Shown: one piece after another, positions 8,018 through 16,481 of the stretch
Numbering within the stretch: position 1 is the stretch's first letter
How the letters are laid out: the number at the start of each line of letters is the position of its first letter
Origin: Bacteriovoracaceae bacterium
GTDB lineage: Bacteria > Bdellovibrionota > Bacteriovoracia > Bacteriovoracales > Bacteriovoracaceae
Length of the DNA: 23,161 bases
Reading direction: 5' to 3'
Assembly: GCA_049599895.1 (NCBI GenBank)
Contig: JBMYPC010000044.1
Span: 1 to 23,161, forward strand
Notes under the pieces: generated by a model
Seen by the model: the letters and a program-made list of their open reading frames with translations, nothing else
Told to the model about the DNA's origin: nothing
The model's database searches: none
Program-made: the position numbers and the translations under genes

Positions 8018-9187
8018 TCAATTTGGCTGTGTTTTCGTAAGCTGGCGTATGACTCGTTTTCGCCGTGTGGAAATGTTGGTGATGAGCTTTAAAAGTTCTT
8101 TTCCATGAGTTTTTGTCTGGAAGTAAGCTTCAATTTCCGGAGAGCTTTTCGTAAGACTTAGTTTCAATGACTTATGATGGTCTTTAAGCTTTGACACACC
8201 ATCCCTTAAGCCTCGAATGTCCCCTCGTTTGAAACTCAATGCAGACTTTTGAAACACTTCAATAATCTCAGAGTTGTATGACGAACGCTCTGCTATGGAG
8301 GGGTTACCTGATAATAAGGCCTGAGAAAAGAGGTCGTTATAACCAGACTTAAAATTATAGATCAACCAAACATCAACAAACTTTGAGAGATCCTCCATAG
8401 AGAAAAACAGTGGCACATCAATAAGAAGCACAAGATCCTCAAGCCCAAGATCCATTAGGGCCCTTCTAAGCTCTGAATGGACCCTCCTTGAGGTCCACTT
8501 CTTAGAAGAAAGGAAGATCACTTTCTGCTTTCGCTCTTGAAGAAATTCTTCCACCAAAGAATCCAGGATGGGCATGAGCTCATCAACCGATTCCACTTGA
8601 TTGTCGATGAAGCAGCCAATCTTTTGAAACTTTTGAAGTTCTTTTAAAGGAATTCTTTCAAGAAATTCAGGGTTTCCTGAAGAACTGTAATCGCCATCAT
8701 AAAGAGGACAAGTATTGAGCACTTCTGTTTTTAATGCTGAAACTTTAAAACGAAATTGAAGTTCATGGGCAAGATAGTTTGAGCGAGTAATGAACTCATC
8801 AATTCTGCCAAGGCTTCTTTTGGTTATGCTTTTCCTGAAACTATCAAAGCACATCACAATGAATGGGGTTTCAGGAAGCCTTGTCATCACCCAGTTGATG
8901 GTCTGAATTTTTTCATCTCCGTAGAGAATCACAAGATCAATATGATTCTTGCCTATGAATTCTTGAAGCTCGCTTCGAACTTTTGAATTGAAAAACTTAA
9001 TTTCTTTGAGATCATCGTTGGTATGAGTGGTAATTTCTAACTCTTGGCAAGCTTGTGTGATAAAGCTCTTCTCAAGTCCCCAGAAAAAAGGTTTTGTTCC
9101 AGCTTTTTCGAGCTCTTTAAGCTCGTTTAATAACGTTCTTTCAATAGGACCAAAGCTTTCTGAAAAAGATGTGAACAGGATGTTCAT
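8018..9187 (-). CDS. Divergent glycosyltransferase-like protein (GT-B fold, GT4-like), 389 aa
   Basis: N-terminus MNILFTSFSESFGPIERTLLNELKELEKAG resembles the GT4 start (MKIL...GGAER). The C-terminal DVWL...QALLSGNPSIA...SEII...GD resembles the GT4 donor-binding region but is degenerate. Confidence 0.55.
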   Translation of the reverse strand: MNILFTSFSESFGPIERTLLNELKELEKAGTKPFFWGLEKSFITQACQELEITTHTNDDLKEIKFFNSKVRSELQEFIGKNHIDLVILYGDEKIQTINWVMTRLPETPFIVMCFDSFRKSITKRSLGRIDEFITRSNYLAHELQFRFKVSALKTEVLNTCPLYDGDYSSSGNPEFLERIPLKELQKFQKIGCFIDNQVESVDELMPILDSLVEEFLQERKQKVIFLSSKKWTSRRVHSELRRALMDLGLEDLVLLIDVPLFFSMEDLSKFVDVWLIYNFKSGYNDLFSQALLSGNPSIAERSSYNSEIIEVFQKSALSFKRGDIRGLRDGVSKLKDHHKSLKLSLTKSSPEIEAYFQTKTHGKELLKLITNISTRRKRVIRQLTKTQPN

Positions 9188-9190
9188 TCT

Positions 9191-10342
9191 TTATTTCTTT
9201 CCTTCCATATAATCAAAAAGCTGGCCTTCAATTGAGCCTATTTTGATTTTGGCTTGAAATTTAAGAAGCTTTCGAGTGTCATCTTTTGAATACCAAAAAA
9301 CAATATCCCCTCTTTTCTTAAGCACTCCTGGAAAATGTGTTTCTGCCTTCACTCGAATAGCCGGAACATCTTTTTTCTTGTAGACGATAGAATCATTTTC
9401 ATCCACAACCTCAAGTTTGATAATCCAAAGTTTGGCCCTCGTCGCCACCGGAAATTGATATTTATCGCCAAGTTTTAACGGAAGTCCTCTGACAAACATA
9501 AGGCTGGAGAAACTATCTTGTAAGTAAGTTGGAATGATATTTTCTTTATAGTCTTTCTTTTCTTTTCCTTTCTTAAATCTTCTGTACCAAAAATAAGTCT
9601 TTCTTTTGTCGTGATCAAAAAGCTGAAGGTCGTCCACATCTTGAGAGCTTTCTCTTTGGACCAGCTTGTACTTTACGGGTCTAAAAGATTCGAGATCAAC
9701 AATACTTTCAAGAGTATCATTGAGCTCATAGACCATGGAATAATAGCTTGCAGACTTAAGGTTCACTTTAAAATGGACAGAAGGCTTCCCTGCCACTTCC
9801 ACAAGGCTGTCTGTATTAATATGAATATAACCGGCTTTAATTCCAAGATACTTCACTTCAAACCGATGGGATTCCCCCACAAAGAACTTGGGAAAGAACT
9901 TTTCCCATACCTTTTCAGAGATTTTGTCATAACCTTCGTATTGTTCTCGAAGCTTCTTAATCCTCTTTTCTTCTTCTGTAAGAGGCTTATTCTCGATTTT
10001 TGCGGGCTCTTCTTTTTTAGCCGCTTCAGGTTTTGGTGTTTCTTTGACTTCTTTTTTCGCGACCTTCTTTGGCTTAGTTTTTTTCTCTACCTTTACTTTT
10101 TTTTCAACTTTTTTTGTTTTCTCGGCGTTTTGCTTTTGCTTTCTTTTAGAGATAACTTTCTTAGGTGTAATTTTCTTTATTTCAAACTTTTCAATATTAA
10201 CATTGCTATTTTCTTTTGGATTAATAAGCTTTTTTTCAATATCAGTATCAATTGATTCAATCTCAACTCCGTCACGAATAGTTGAGCATCCATAAGAAAA
10301 AAGAAATAGTATTAATACGAGCTTGAACTTATGCCAAACCAT
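9191..10342 (-). CDS. DUF3108-like lipoprotein with Lys-rich linker (~383 aa)
   Basis: ATG 10342 follows AGGAG. Lipobox-like LFSYG-C. The C-terminal domain has GESHRFEVKYLGIKAG, QDSFSSLMFVR and WYSKDDTRKLLKFQAKIKIGSI, typical of DUF3108. Confidence 0.7.
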   Translation of the reverse strand: MVWHKFKLVLILFLFSYGCSTIRDGVEIESIDTDIEKKLINPKENSNVNIEKFEIKKITPKKVISKRKQKQNAEKTKKVEKKVKVEKKTKPKKVAKKEVKETPKPEAAKKEEPAKIENKPLTEEEKRIKKLREQYEGYDKISEKVWEKFFPKFFVGESHRFEVKYLGIKAGYIHINTDSLVEVAGKPSVHFKVNLKSASYYSMVYELNDTLESIVDLESFRPVKYKLVQRESSQDVDDLQLFDHDKRKTYFWYRRFKKGKEKKDYKENIIPTYLQDSFSSLMFVRGLPLKLGDKYQFPVATRAKLWIIKLEVVDENDSIVYKKKDVPAIRVKAETHFPGVLKKRGDIVFWYSKDDTRKLLKFQAKIKIGSIEGQLFDYMEGKK

Positions 10343-11396
10343 CACAAACTCTCCTAAGTTCATTTTTGAACTCTTCTTCACCACTAGTGAAGTTGATATC
10401 AATTTTGCAATAAGCAAAGTTTAAAGGGTGTTTAATTGAAGACAATTTCACAAAGTCTTTTTCGGTTGTCACGACAAGGATATCTTCTTTTTTTTGAAAT
10501 TCTTGAATCTTATCAAGATCATCTTCTGTATAAAAATAATGATCAGCGAAAGCAAATTTCTTAACAATAACGCCTCCAAGATGATCGATCATATTGTAAA
10601 AGCTTTTAGGAGAAGCAATTGCTGTAACTGCACAAACTCTTTTTCCCTTTAAGAAGTCCCCTTCACCAAGCTTTTTATTGTCTTTGTCATAAACTCCATC
10701 GGGAACATAGCAAAATTCTGCAATTGGGACTTTTCGGGGAGCATGTTTAAGGATCAGCTGTTTAAGACCTTCAACTTTCTCTCGAGTGGTTTGATCAGTT
10801 CTTCCAATGAGAATAAAATTTGAATCTTTAATCGCGGTTAGGCCCTCTCTTAGGTAGCCAAGGGGTGGTGTATGATAACGAGAGAGTGGCATCAGAGCAT
10901 CGAATAAAACAATATTCATATCTCTTTCAATTTTCAGATGTTGATGTCCATCATCGAGTAAAACCACATCACCATCAACTTTATCAGCAGCGTAGATCAG
11001 ATTATCCACTCTTTTTCGTCCTACGATGACGGAGCCTTTTTGAAGTCTTTCAAGAATCATCATCGCCTCATCTCCAATATCTTTGGCAGATGCACGCTTT
11101 TTTTGAAAGTGACTAAGGATGGCGTAGCTTTTTTCTTTTTGGCTTTTATAGCCTCTCGTAAGAATGATTGAGCTTTGCTCCCTTTTATTAATGAACTCAG
11201 AGAGCCACATAATAAGAGGAGTTTTTCCTGTTCCCCCAAAACTAATATTGCCAACCGAAATTACCGGATACGCGAATCTCTTAGAAGAAAGGACTCCTGT
11301 ATTATAAGCGAGTCGCCGAACTCTATAAATAAGCTCCCAGAGAAAGCTTATAGGTGCAAATAGTTTGTTTTTCAGTTTTTTAAGAATGAACTTCAT
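10329..11396 (-). CDS. lpxK: Tetraacyldisaccharide 4'-kinase
   Basis: PVISVGNISFGGTGKTP P-loop, LTRGY, IGDEA, LDDGHQH, GYLREG, FADHY, TTEKD. Start moved to ATG 11396 (SD GAAGG), overlapping the lpxB end. Confidence 0.96.
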   Translation of the reverse strand: MKFILKKLKNKLFAPISFLWELIYRVRRLAYNTGVLSSKRFAYPVISVGNISFGGTGKTPLIMWLSEFINKREQSSIILTRGYKSQKEKSYAILSHFQKKRASAKDIGDEAMMILERLQKGSVIVGRKRVDNLIYAADKVDGDVVLLDDGHQHLKIERDMNIVLFDALMPLSRYHTPPLGYLREGLTAIKDSNFILIGRTDQTTREKVEGLKQLILKHAPRKVPIAEFCYVPDGVYDKDNKKLGEGDFLKGKRVCAVTAIASPKSFYNMIDHLGGVIVKKFAFADHYFYTEDDLDKIQEFQKKEDILVVTTEKDFVKLSSIKHPLNFAYCKIDINFTSGEEEFKNELRRVCDGLA

Positions 11397-12543
11397 AAAC
11401 CTTCTCAACTCGCTCTGATAAATAATCTCCAAGGGAGCTGACCTCTCCTTGAATGAGTTTTTTTGTTTTTTCTAATTCATGAATCAAAAAAGTGTAAGCT
11501 TTTGAATCATCAATCCAATTCTCTAGAATTTTTATAATTGTATCCACTTCAACATCATCTTGAATGAGCTCTGGAAAAAGCTTCTGTTCATGAATAATGT
11601 TATTAAGAGAAATAGGTCCTTTATAATTTACAAAACATTCATAAATCGCCTGATTCAAAAGGCTAGATCGATAACAGACAACAGTGGGAAGCTGAAAAAT
11701 TCCGCAATTTAGGGTTACAGTTCCACTTGCAGCAAGACAAAGGTCTGCGTTTTGAAGAGATTCGGTCAGGTCCTCTTGACCAACAATTTCATCCACTTCG
11801 TTTAAATGAGACTCACATTTTTTTTGATTAAGAGAATCTGCAAAGACAAGTCTTGATCGAAGTTGTGGATATGTTTTTTTAAGTTTTCTTACGACTTCAT
11901 TAAAATATGGCATCAATTCTTGAAATTCAAAATTACGACTTCCAGGAAGGATCAGAAGGTTAATCGATTTTTTTGTTTTTAAATCAATAGGATCTTTCCT
12001 TAAATCGAGTTCCTTAAAAAACTTTTGATTTCGTATCCAGATAGGGTGATCGATCGAGACAGTTTGCTTAACCCCTCTATCTTTAAACCACTTTTTCTCA
12101 AAAGGAATTATTGTGAAGAGCTCTTCACAGTTTTCAGCAAGAGTTTTCACCCGCCATGACTTCCAGGCCCAGGCTTGGGGGGCCACCATATAATAAACCT
12201 TTACTCCAACCTTTCGAAGGCGAGCTGCGAGCTTAAGATTGAAGGTTTGAAAATCGATAAGTATTGCGACTTTCGTTTTTTTCTCAATCGCAGTTTGGGT
12301 AATACGATTAAGAGCTTTATAATAAAAAGGTATTTTCCCAATAACCTCTGAGAAACCCCAGCTTGAGAAATCTCTTAAATGGTAAAAGGCCTTAAAGCCC
12401 TTTTGAATTAACTCATCACCACCCACTCCCCAAAACTCAGTCTGAGGGAGATTATTTTTCAGTTCTTCAAAGAAACTTAGACAATGCTCTTCTCCTGATT
12501 TTTCACCAGCAATAATAAGAACATTGTCAGCGTTTTGAATCAT
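11380..12543 (-). CDS. lpxB: Lipid-A-disaccharide synthase
   Basis: IAGEKSGE, GVGG, GFSEV, IDFQTFN, VAPQAWAW, IPFE, LPGSR, ASGTVTL, PELIQ. Confidence 0.96.
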   Translation of the reverse strand: MIQNADNVLIIAGEKSGEEHCLSFFEELKNNLPQTEFWGVGGDELIQKGFKAFYHLRDFSSWGFSEVIGKIPFYYKALNRITQTAIEKKTKVAILIDFQTFNLKLAARLRKVGVKVYYMVAPQAWAWKSWRVKTLAENCEELFTIIPFEKKWFKDRGVKQTVSIDHPIWIRNQKFFKELDLRKDPIDLKTKKSINLLILPGSRNFEFQELMPYFNEVVRKLKKTYPQLRSRLVFADSLNQKKCESHLNEVDEIVGQEDLTESLQNADLCLAASGTVTLNCGIFQLPTVVCYRSSLLNQAIYECFVNYKGPISLNNIIHEQKLFPELIQDDVEVDTIIKILENWIDDSKAYTFLIHELEKTKKLIQGEVSSLGDYLSERVEKVYEVHS

Positions 12544-13484
12544 GACCGAACCACTCGCTTTGAAAAAAGCTCTTTCTGATCAAGATAAGAAGTAACTTTT
12601 TCAACATTTAAAACTGCCTTAGCTCCATCATCAAAAGAGCAAAAGACAGAGTCTCCATGAAGAATTGAGCGATAGAACATTTCCTGTTCAATCGCGAGGT
12701 GATCTCTCTTAGAAAAACTCTTCTCTAGATGCCCCTGACTTTGAGAGTCTGGGTAAGTGAGGGTTTGTAAAAGAAGATCGAGTCTCCAAACACCTTGATG
12801 GTTTGTTACAAGTATTTCACGGGTTTCCTTAGAATCAACTCTCGATGCTCTGATATCAATAAAAGCATCGGAAGGAGATTTAAAATAGGCTTTAACGTCA
12901 TCATAATTATCAGTAAGAACTTTCTTTCCAGATGCACCAATAAACTCAGGCTCCATCTGAAATAGCCAAGAAAGTAAATCAATATCGTGAATCATAAGGT
13001 CTTCCACAACACTGACATCTGTGGCCCGTCCTTTAAAGGCTGCAGAACGATCAATAGAGATATTGCTAATACTAGAAAAGTCCATTGCCTCTTTCACAAA
13101 TTCCCACATCTCATGGCACCTTTCACTGTGCCCGACTTGAACAACACGCTGTGAAAGAGTTTCTCTAATTTCACTTAATTCCGATTTATTTTTGACTAAA
13201 GGTTTCTCACAAAAAAGATGAAGGTTTCTTTCAAGCCCAACTTTTAACCACTCAAAGTGAAATTGTGTTGGAGTTGAAATGATGAGAGCATCAACATTAT
13301 CAAGTTCCTCACCTTCGTTCTTACAGATTTTTACGTTGGGATATTTCTCCAAGATCTCTTCGTGAGAGCTCTCATTCGGTTCAATAATGACATCAAGGCT
13401 TGCCAGAGGACTGGCCTCAATTTTTTGCGCATGCCACTTTCCTAAAAAACCATGCCCTACAAGAGCAACTCTTACCACTTTCAA
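12540..13484 (-). CDS. gnnA: Gfo/Idh/MocA NAD-dependent oxidoreductase, probable UDP-GlcNAc 3-dehydrogenase
   Basis: GHGFLG Rossmann motif, CEKP, VQVGHSER, DVSVVEDLMIHDID. It lies between lpxA and lpxB, where gnnA sits in Acidithiobacillus. TTG start; ATGA overlap with lpxB. Confidence 0.7.
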   Translation of the reverse strand: MKVVRVALVGHGFLGKWHAQKIEASPLASLDVIIEPNESSHEEILEKYPNVKICKNEGEELDNVDALIISTPTQFHFEWLKVGLERNLHLFCEKPLVKNKSELSEIRETLSQRVVQVGHSERCHEMWEFVKEAMDFSSISNISIDRSAAFKGRATDVSVVEDLMIHDIDLLSWLFQMEPEFIGASGKKVLTDNYDDVKAYFKSPSDAFIDIRASRVDSKETREILVTNHQGVWRLDLLLQTLTYPDSQSQGHLEKSFSKRDHLAIEQEMFYRSILHGDSVFCSFDDGAKAVLNVEKVTSYLDQKELFSKRVVRS

Positions 13485-13492
13485 ACTGATCC

Positions 13493-14281
13493 CTAAACAA
13501 ATGGCGCGATACCAACATCGCTGTCTTTAATAAACTTTACCATCTCACCAACAAGCGCATTTTCCTTATATTCTTCATATTGAGCAGGTTGATCAACAAA
13601 CGCTCGAGGAGAAAGTGCTGAAGCTTCCATAAGACGATAAAAGTCCACAAGCCCAGTAATTTCCTGACGGCTTTGTCCTGATCTTCTAAGGCCTACAATG
13701 TTGATTCCTTTAAGCTTTGCCCGATTCCCATAGGCTGTGCAAAAAACTGGAATGTCTCGATCAATTGCAGTTGCTCCACCAAGGTATGAACCTCTTCCAA
13801 TTGAAATAAACTGAGAAACGTTTGTCCCTCCACCAATAATGACCCTATTTCCAATAGTCACATGTCCTGCGAGATTTACGGAGTTTGCAAAAATACATTT
13901 GTCACCAACGATCACATCATGACCAAGATGCACGTGGGCCATAAAAAGACAGTCATTGCCGACAACTGTTTTTTGGTCCTGCTTAGTTGTCCCCCTATGA
14001 ACCGTGACGTATTCACGAAAAGAATTCCCTTTGCCAATAATCACTTCTGTTGGCTCGCCTTTATAACCTAAGTCTTGAGGGCTTCCGCCGATGCAGGAGA
14101 AAGAGTAAAACTTATTATTTTCATCAATGGTGGTATGGCCATCAACAATCACGTGGGGATGAACAACACAACCAGAAGCGATTTTGACGTTAGGACCAAT
14201 AATTGAATAAGCACCAACTTCAACATCTGAAGCAATCTCAGCTCCTTCATGAATAATTGCAGTAGGATGAATAAGACTCAT
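13493..14281 (-). CDS. lpxA: Acyl-ACP--UDP-N-acetylglucosamine O-acyltransferase
   Basis: IHPTAII hexapeptide repeats, PQDLGYKGE, REYVTVHRGT, AHVHLGHD (catalytic His), LAGHV, GINIVGLRR. Confidence 0.97.
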   Translation of the reverse strand: MSLIHPTAIIHEGAEIASDVEVGAYSIIGPNVKIASGCVVHPHVIVDGHTTIDENNKFYSFSCIGGSPQDLGYKGEPTEVIIGKGNSFREYVTVHRGTTKQDQKTVVGNDCLFMAHVHLGHDVIVGDKCIFANSVNLAGHVTIGNRVIIGGGTNVSQFISIGRGSYLGGATAIDRDIPVFCTAYGNRAKLKGINIVGLRRSGQSRQEITGLVDFYRLMEASALSPRAFVDQPAQYEEYKENALVGEMVKFIKDSDVGIAPFV

Positions 14282-14292
14282 AAAAAATCCTT

Positions 14293-14778
14293 TTAAAACT
14301 TAACCGTTGCCATTACATCAGCTTCGGAAACAAGAGTTCCCTCATGAAAAATCTGACAATGACTCGACATCATAGGGCCTCTAAACTTTAAAACCTCTGA
14401 TTTAATCTCAAGATCCATTTCAGGAAGAACCGGTTTTCTAAATTTTGCATTATTAACACTCACAAGAGCGACATCTAACTGACTTCCCACTTTGAATGCT
14501 TCAAGCTTAAAAAGTACAAAAGAAGTCGCCTGGGCCATCATTTCAACCTGTACAACTCCAGGGAGAATAGGATTTCCAGGAAAATGTCCTTTAAAAATGG
14601 GGTGATCTTCTTTTGTTCTATAGTTGGCCACAACTTGACAGCCTACAAGCTCAGTCGCTGTTTGTGCCTTCTCTTGAGAGATCTCCTCTTTGACTGTCAC
14701 AGATAAAACTGAATCGATAAAAAGAAAGGGATCTCGATGAGGTAAAAACTCTAAGATCTGATTTTGATTTAAAAACAT
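14293..14778 (-). CDS. fabZ: 3-hydroxyacyl-ACP dehydratase
   Basis: LPHRDPFLFID and FKGHFPGNPILPGVVQVEMMAQ, KFRKPVLP; located between lpxD and lpxA. Confidence 0.96.
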   Translation of the reverse strand: MFLNQNQILEFLPHRDPFLFIDSVLSVTVKEEISQEKAQTATELVGCQVVANYRTKEDHPIFKGHFPGNPILPGVVQVEMMAQATSFVLFKLEAFKVGSQLDVALVSVNNAKFRKPVLPEMDLEIKSEVLKFRGPMMSSHCQIFHEGTLVSEADVMATVKF

Positions 14779-14788
14779 ATTTTAACCT

Positions 14789-15802
14789 TTATTTTTTTGT
14801 TTGTTTTCTTAAATAAGCTAAACCTCTCATCCATTCTTTTAAAGGACGAGCAGGATGACCGCCAAGAACTGTACCATCAGGCCAACTGCAGTTGACCAGT
14901 GCCCCACCAGCAACCTGACAGGCTTTCCCTAATGTCGCATGATCAGTCATACCAGATTTACCTCCAAAAACAGTGAAGTCTCCAATAACAGAACTTCCAC
15001 CAACTGCAGTTTGAGCGCAAAAGATGACTCCCTGACCAATTTTACAGTTATGCCCAATTTGAACTTGGTTATCAAACTTTGAATTTGTTCCAATGATTGT
15101 AGGAGAAAAAGTCCCCGCATCAATAGTCGTTGCCGCCCCCACTTCAACATCGTCTCCTATAAGAACACCACCTGAGTGATAAACCTTGTGGTGTTTGCCT
15201 CCAATAAATCGAAAACCAAAACCATCGGCACCGATTACGGCGTTACTATGAACACGACAACCATTTCCTATTTTTACGTAGGGATAAACTGTAGCACCTG
15301 AATAGAGCACAGAGTTTTTTCCAATGCTTGAGTTTGAGAGGATTTTTACGCCAGAGTAAATTTTTACGCCTTCTTCAATTTTAACGTTTGAACCGATGAA
15401 AACATTTTCTGCGATATCAGCACTAGGGTGAATATCAGTAGTGCCTAACTTTCTTCCATCAACACTGTCATGACAGTCATTATTTTTTTCTTCAAAGGCA
15501 AGCTTTGAGATGTGACAAAGACCTTGGTCAAAGTTTTCAACATAACTTAGAGTATGATTTTTAAACTGCTCCTTAACTTCTTCACTATCAAAAAGATCTT
15601 TTGATAAAACTAAGCACAGCTCCTTTTTCTCAAGAAGAACTTCTTCAACAAGTTTAAGGTTCTTTTTGTCTTTAATAAGGACGACTGAATGATCTTCGAT
15701 TGCTGATAAGTCACAGAAGCGAAAGTCTTTTGCAAAGACTTCTGATTTTTCATTCTGATTAAAGTGAACATTTTCGTTATCAAGGATTCTTTCTAACTTC
15801 AA
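14789..15802 (-). CDS. lpxD: UDP-3-O-acyl-glucosamine N-acyltransferase
   Basis: Hexapeptide repeats, VIGADGFGF, DDVEVGAATTID, KFDNQVQIGHNCKIG, GHPARP. TTG start after GAGGT. Confidence 0.95.
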   Translation of the reverse strand: MKLERILDNENVHFNQNEKSEVFAKDFRFCDLSAIEDHSVVLIKDKKNLKLVEEVLLEKKELCLVLSKDLFDSEEVKEQFKNHTLSYVENFDQGLCHISKLAFEEKNNDCHDSVDGRKLGTTDIHPSADIAENVFIGSNVKIEEGVKIYSGVKILSNSSIGKNSVLYSGATVYPYVKIGNGCRVHSNAVIGADGFGFRFIGGKHHKVYHSGGVLIGDDVEVGAATTIDAGTFSPTIIGTNSKFDNQVQIGHNCKIGQGVIFCAQTAVGGSSVIGDFTVFGGKSGMTDHATLGKACQVAGGALVNCSWPDGTVLGGHPARPLKEWMRGLAYLRKQTKK

Positions 15803-15834
15803 AAAGACCTCACTTTTATTGCTTTTTATATGAC

Positions 15835-15858
15835 GAAGGGGAACTTCTGTTCCCCTTC
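15835..15858. other. Stable intergenic stem-loop between skp and lpxD
   Basis: Perfect 10-bp inverted repeat GAAGGGGAAC-TTCT-GTTCCCCTTC. No U-tract follows on the coding (minus) strand. Confidence 0.75.
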
Positions 15859-15894
15859 AATTACTATCTTTAATTCGTTTTTTTGCTTTTGCGG

Positions 15895-15919
15895 TAAGTA
15901 GAACCGAAGGTTCTACTTA
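15895..15919 (-). other. cUUCGg-tetraloop hairpin overlapping the skp stop codon
   Basis: Minus strand TAAGTAGAAC-CTTCGG-TTCTACTTA (11-bp inverted repeat), which includes the skp TAG. Confidence 0.75.
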
Positions 15920-16422
15920 TGTTTTTTGTTATAAGCTTTAATGACAGCATCAGTTAGATCTTTACCGTCTTTAGTGTACACAACTCTTGTTGTCGAAATA
16001 TCAAATGTGATATCAACTTTTTGAGTCTTTGATACCGACTTAATGACCGCTTCAATCTTACCAATAATTGGCACTTTCAGCTCATCTTCTTTCTTTTGCA
16101 TTTCTCTTTGAAACTGAAGAGACTTCTGTTGAAGTTTTAAGATTCCTTCTTGAAGCTCTTTTTCTTTCTTTGCTCTTGCTGCTGCATTTAAAACAACTGC
16201 TTGCTTATCGATTTCAGCTTTTTTCTTTTTTAAGCTGCTTTCTTCGGTTTTAAGAATTTTGTTTTTCTTTTCAAATTCTTTACGAAGTTGATCTCTTACT
16301 TTCTTTCCTTCGTTAACTTGAAGCAAAACCTTTTGCATATTAACTGTTCCAACAACAACTGCAGCCGCTGGAAGAGAAAGAAGAAAACTTAAAAGAACAG
16401 TCACTTTTAAAAGCTGACTCAT
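15913..16422 (-). CDS. skp: OmpH/Skp periplasmic chaperone (~169 aa)
   Basis: Signal peptide, VGTVNMQKVL, long Lys/Glu/Gln coiled coil, C-terminal DLTDAVIKAY; directly downstream of bamA. ATG 16422 follows GAGGAG. Confidence 0.93.
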   Translation of the reverse strand: MSQLLKVTVLLSFLLSLPAAAVVVGTVNMQKVLLQVNEGKKVRDQLRKEFEKKNKILKTEESSLKKKKAEIDKQAVVLNAAARAKKEKELQEGILKLQQKSLQFQREMQKKEDELKVPIIGKIEAVIKSVSKTQKVDITFDISTTRVVYTKDGKDLTDAVIKAYNKKHK

Positions 16423-16481
16423 AAAACGCTCCTCATTCGGTTTCATATCTTAAGTGGTTCCATCCACTTAACTTTATATAA

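Noticed and set aside
9611..10295. 214-aa and 83-aa Phe-rich plus-strand ORFs
   Set aside because: They are the antisense reading of the Lys-rich (AAA/AAG) linker of the DUF3108-like gene.
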